A stretch of 64,000 nucleotides of DNA, taken from contig NW_027139264.1 of NCBI RefSeq assembly GCF_035084215.1, positions 124,001-188,000 on the forward strand, in the 5' to 3' direction. Shown here piece after piece: positions 63,300 to 64,000 of this stretch; position 1 is the stretch's first letter; each line of letters starts with the position of its first letter. The stretch is from Heptranchias perlo (lineage: Eukaryota). The notes under the pieces are model-generated. The model was not told the origin of the DNA. It ran no database searches and saw only the letters and a list, made by a program, of their open reading frames with translations. A program made the position numbers and the translations under genes.

Positions 63300-64000
63300 T
63301 GTAGATAGGGTGGAGTCAGCTTGGAGCATCAACCAACTGATGTCCAGGTTCGGTGACAGGGTGTGGAGGGTGAGTGAGTCCAGAAGCTATTTGAAGGGTA
63401 GATTATCGGAGGACGCACTGCTGGGGGGGATTTCCGTGGGGATGAAGAGTCAGGAGGTTTGGAGAATCGATCGCAGAGCAGAAGAACAATGGTGAAGATG
63501 GAGGTCACTGTAAGATCTAGAAGCAGCGGAGGAATGGACTTCGGCCCAGGGGAGTGAATTTCTGGCCAGGAACCAGAGTGTAGAAAAATAAAGCTGAAAA
63601 ACCAGTAGTACAGTCATAAACTCAGCAGGTAATAGCTGGGGGATGGGCTGTGGGCTGGACAAAGTTACCTTAACTCTTAAGCAGCTGAGTCTTCCAGTGG
63701 AGTAGCGTAGTGCTGAGAAGTCGAGGAATTTAGAAGCCAAATTTGAGCAAAGATCCAGTTTTCACTGATGTAAACAAAGAGCAGGCCCGGTCGGGGAATG
63801 GGCAGTGGGCCCAGGTAAGTTTAAACTTGCAGCTTGAACTTGTGGGTAGGGGTAAAATGCACCCACTATTAGAGCCAGGGAACTTAAACAGTGGAAGAGA
63901 GGAGATTGGGGGAGAATGGGCAAAGGATGGCAATGGATGACCAAGGATAGGATTGTCCAGCAAAGGAGCTCCCGAGGGAGCAGCCAGCCCAGGAGCCATC
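63300..64000 (-). mobile_element. Highly decayed LINE-like (possibly L2 endonuclease region) fragment
   Basis: Weak peptide resemblance (IHCHPL vs L2 IHGHPLD); no intact motif. Confidence 0.3.

Overview
Eukaryotic, repeat-dense vertebrate genomic DNA. The repeat families (CR1 LINEs with an esterase ORF1, L2, Penelope-like elements with minimal hammerhead ribozymes, tRNA-headed DeuSINE-type SINEs) point to a cartilaginous fish; this is an inference. The only clear host gene is a minus-strand C2H2 zinc-finger gene (main exon 25565-26702, 9 fingers plus decayed C-terminal fingers). It has a candidate CpG-rich first coding exon at 43176-43324, separated from the main exon by about 14 kb of minisatellite. 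The left third holds a multi-level retroelement nest (9657-20902): an L2 carries a truncated CR1 (itself carrying a CR1 3' fragment) and a young full-length CR1, whose otherwise intact ORF2 is split by a head-to-head inverted Penelope pair with a 12-bp TSD. The most notable observations are: (1) a U_UUA_AAC slippery heptamer at the CR1 ORF1 stop with an AUG-less ORF2 in the -1 frame, and the same heptamer-plus-stop in a second CR1 family; (2) a ~2.9-kb tandem array of consensus 5' splice donors beginning at the donor of the candidate ZNF exon 1; (3) the Penelope fold-back with a hammerhead at each end, and a second Penelope subfamily carrying two ribozyme modules; (4) a CpG-rich 45-bp array of CCAAT/TATAA/GC-box motifs facing antisense into the ZNF gene; (5) a 3.35-kb tandem duplication with a candidate non-coding exon. 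The very long ORFs in the track at 27.8-48.8 kb are artefacts of repeat units whose length is a multiple of 3. No prokaryotic-type system or CRISPR array is present.
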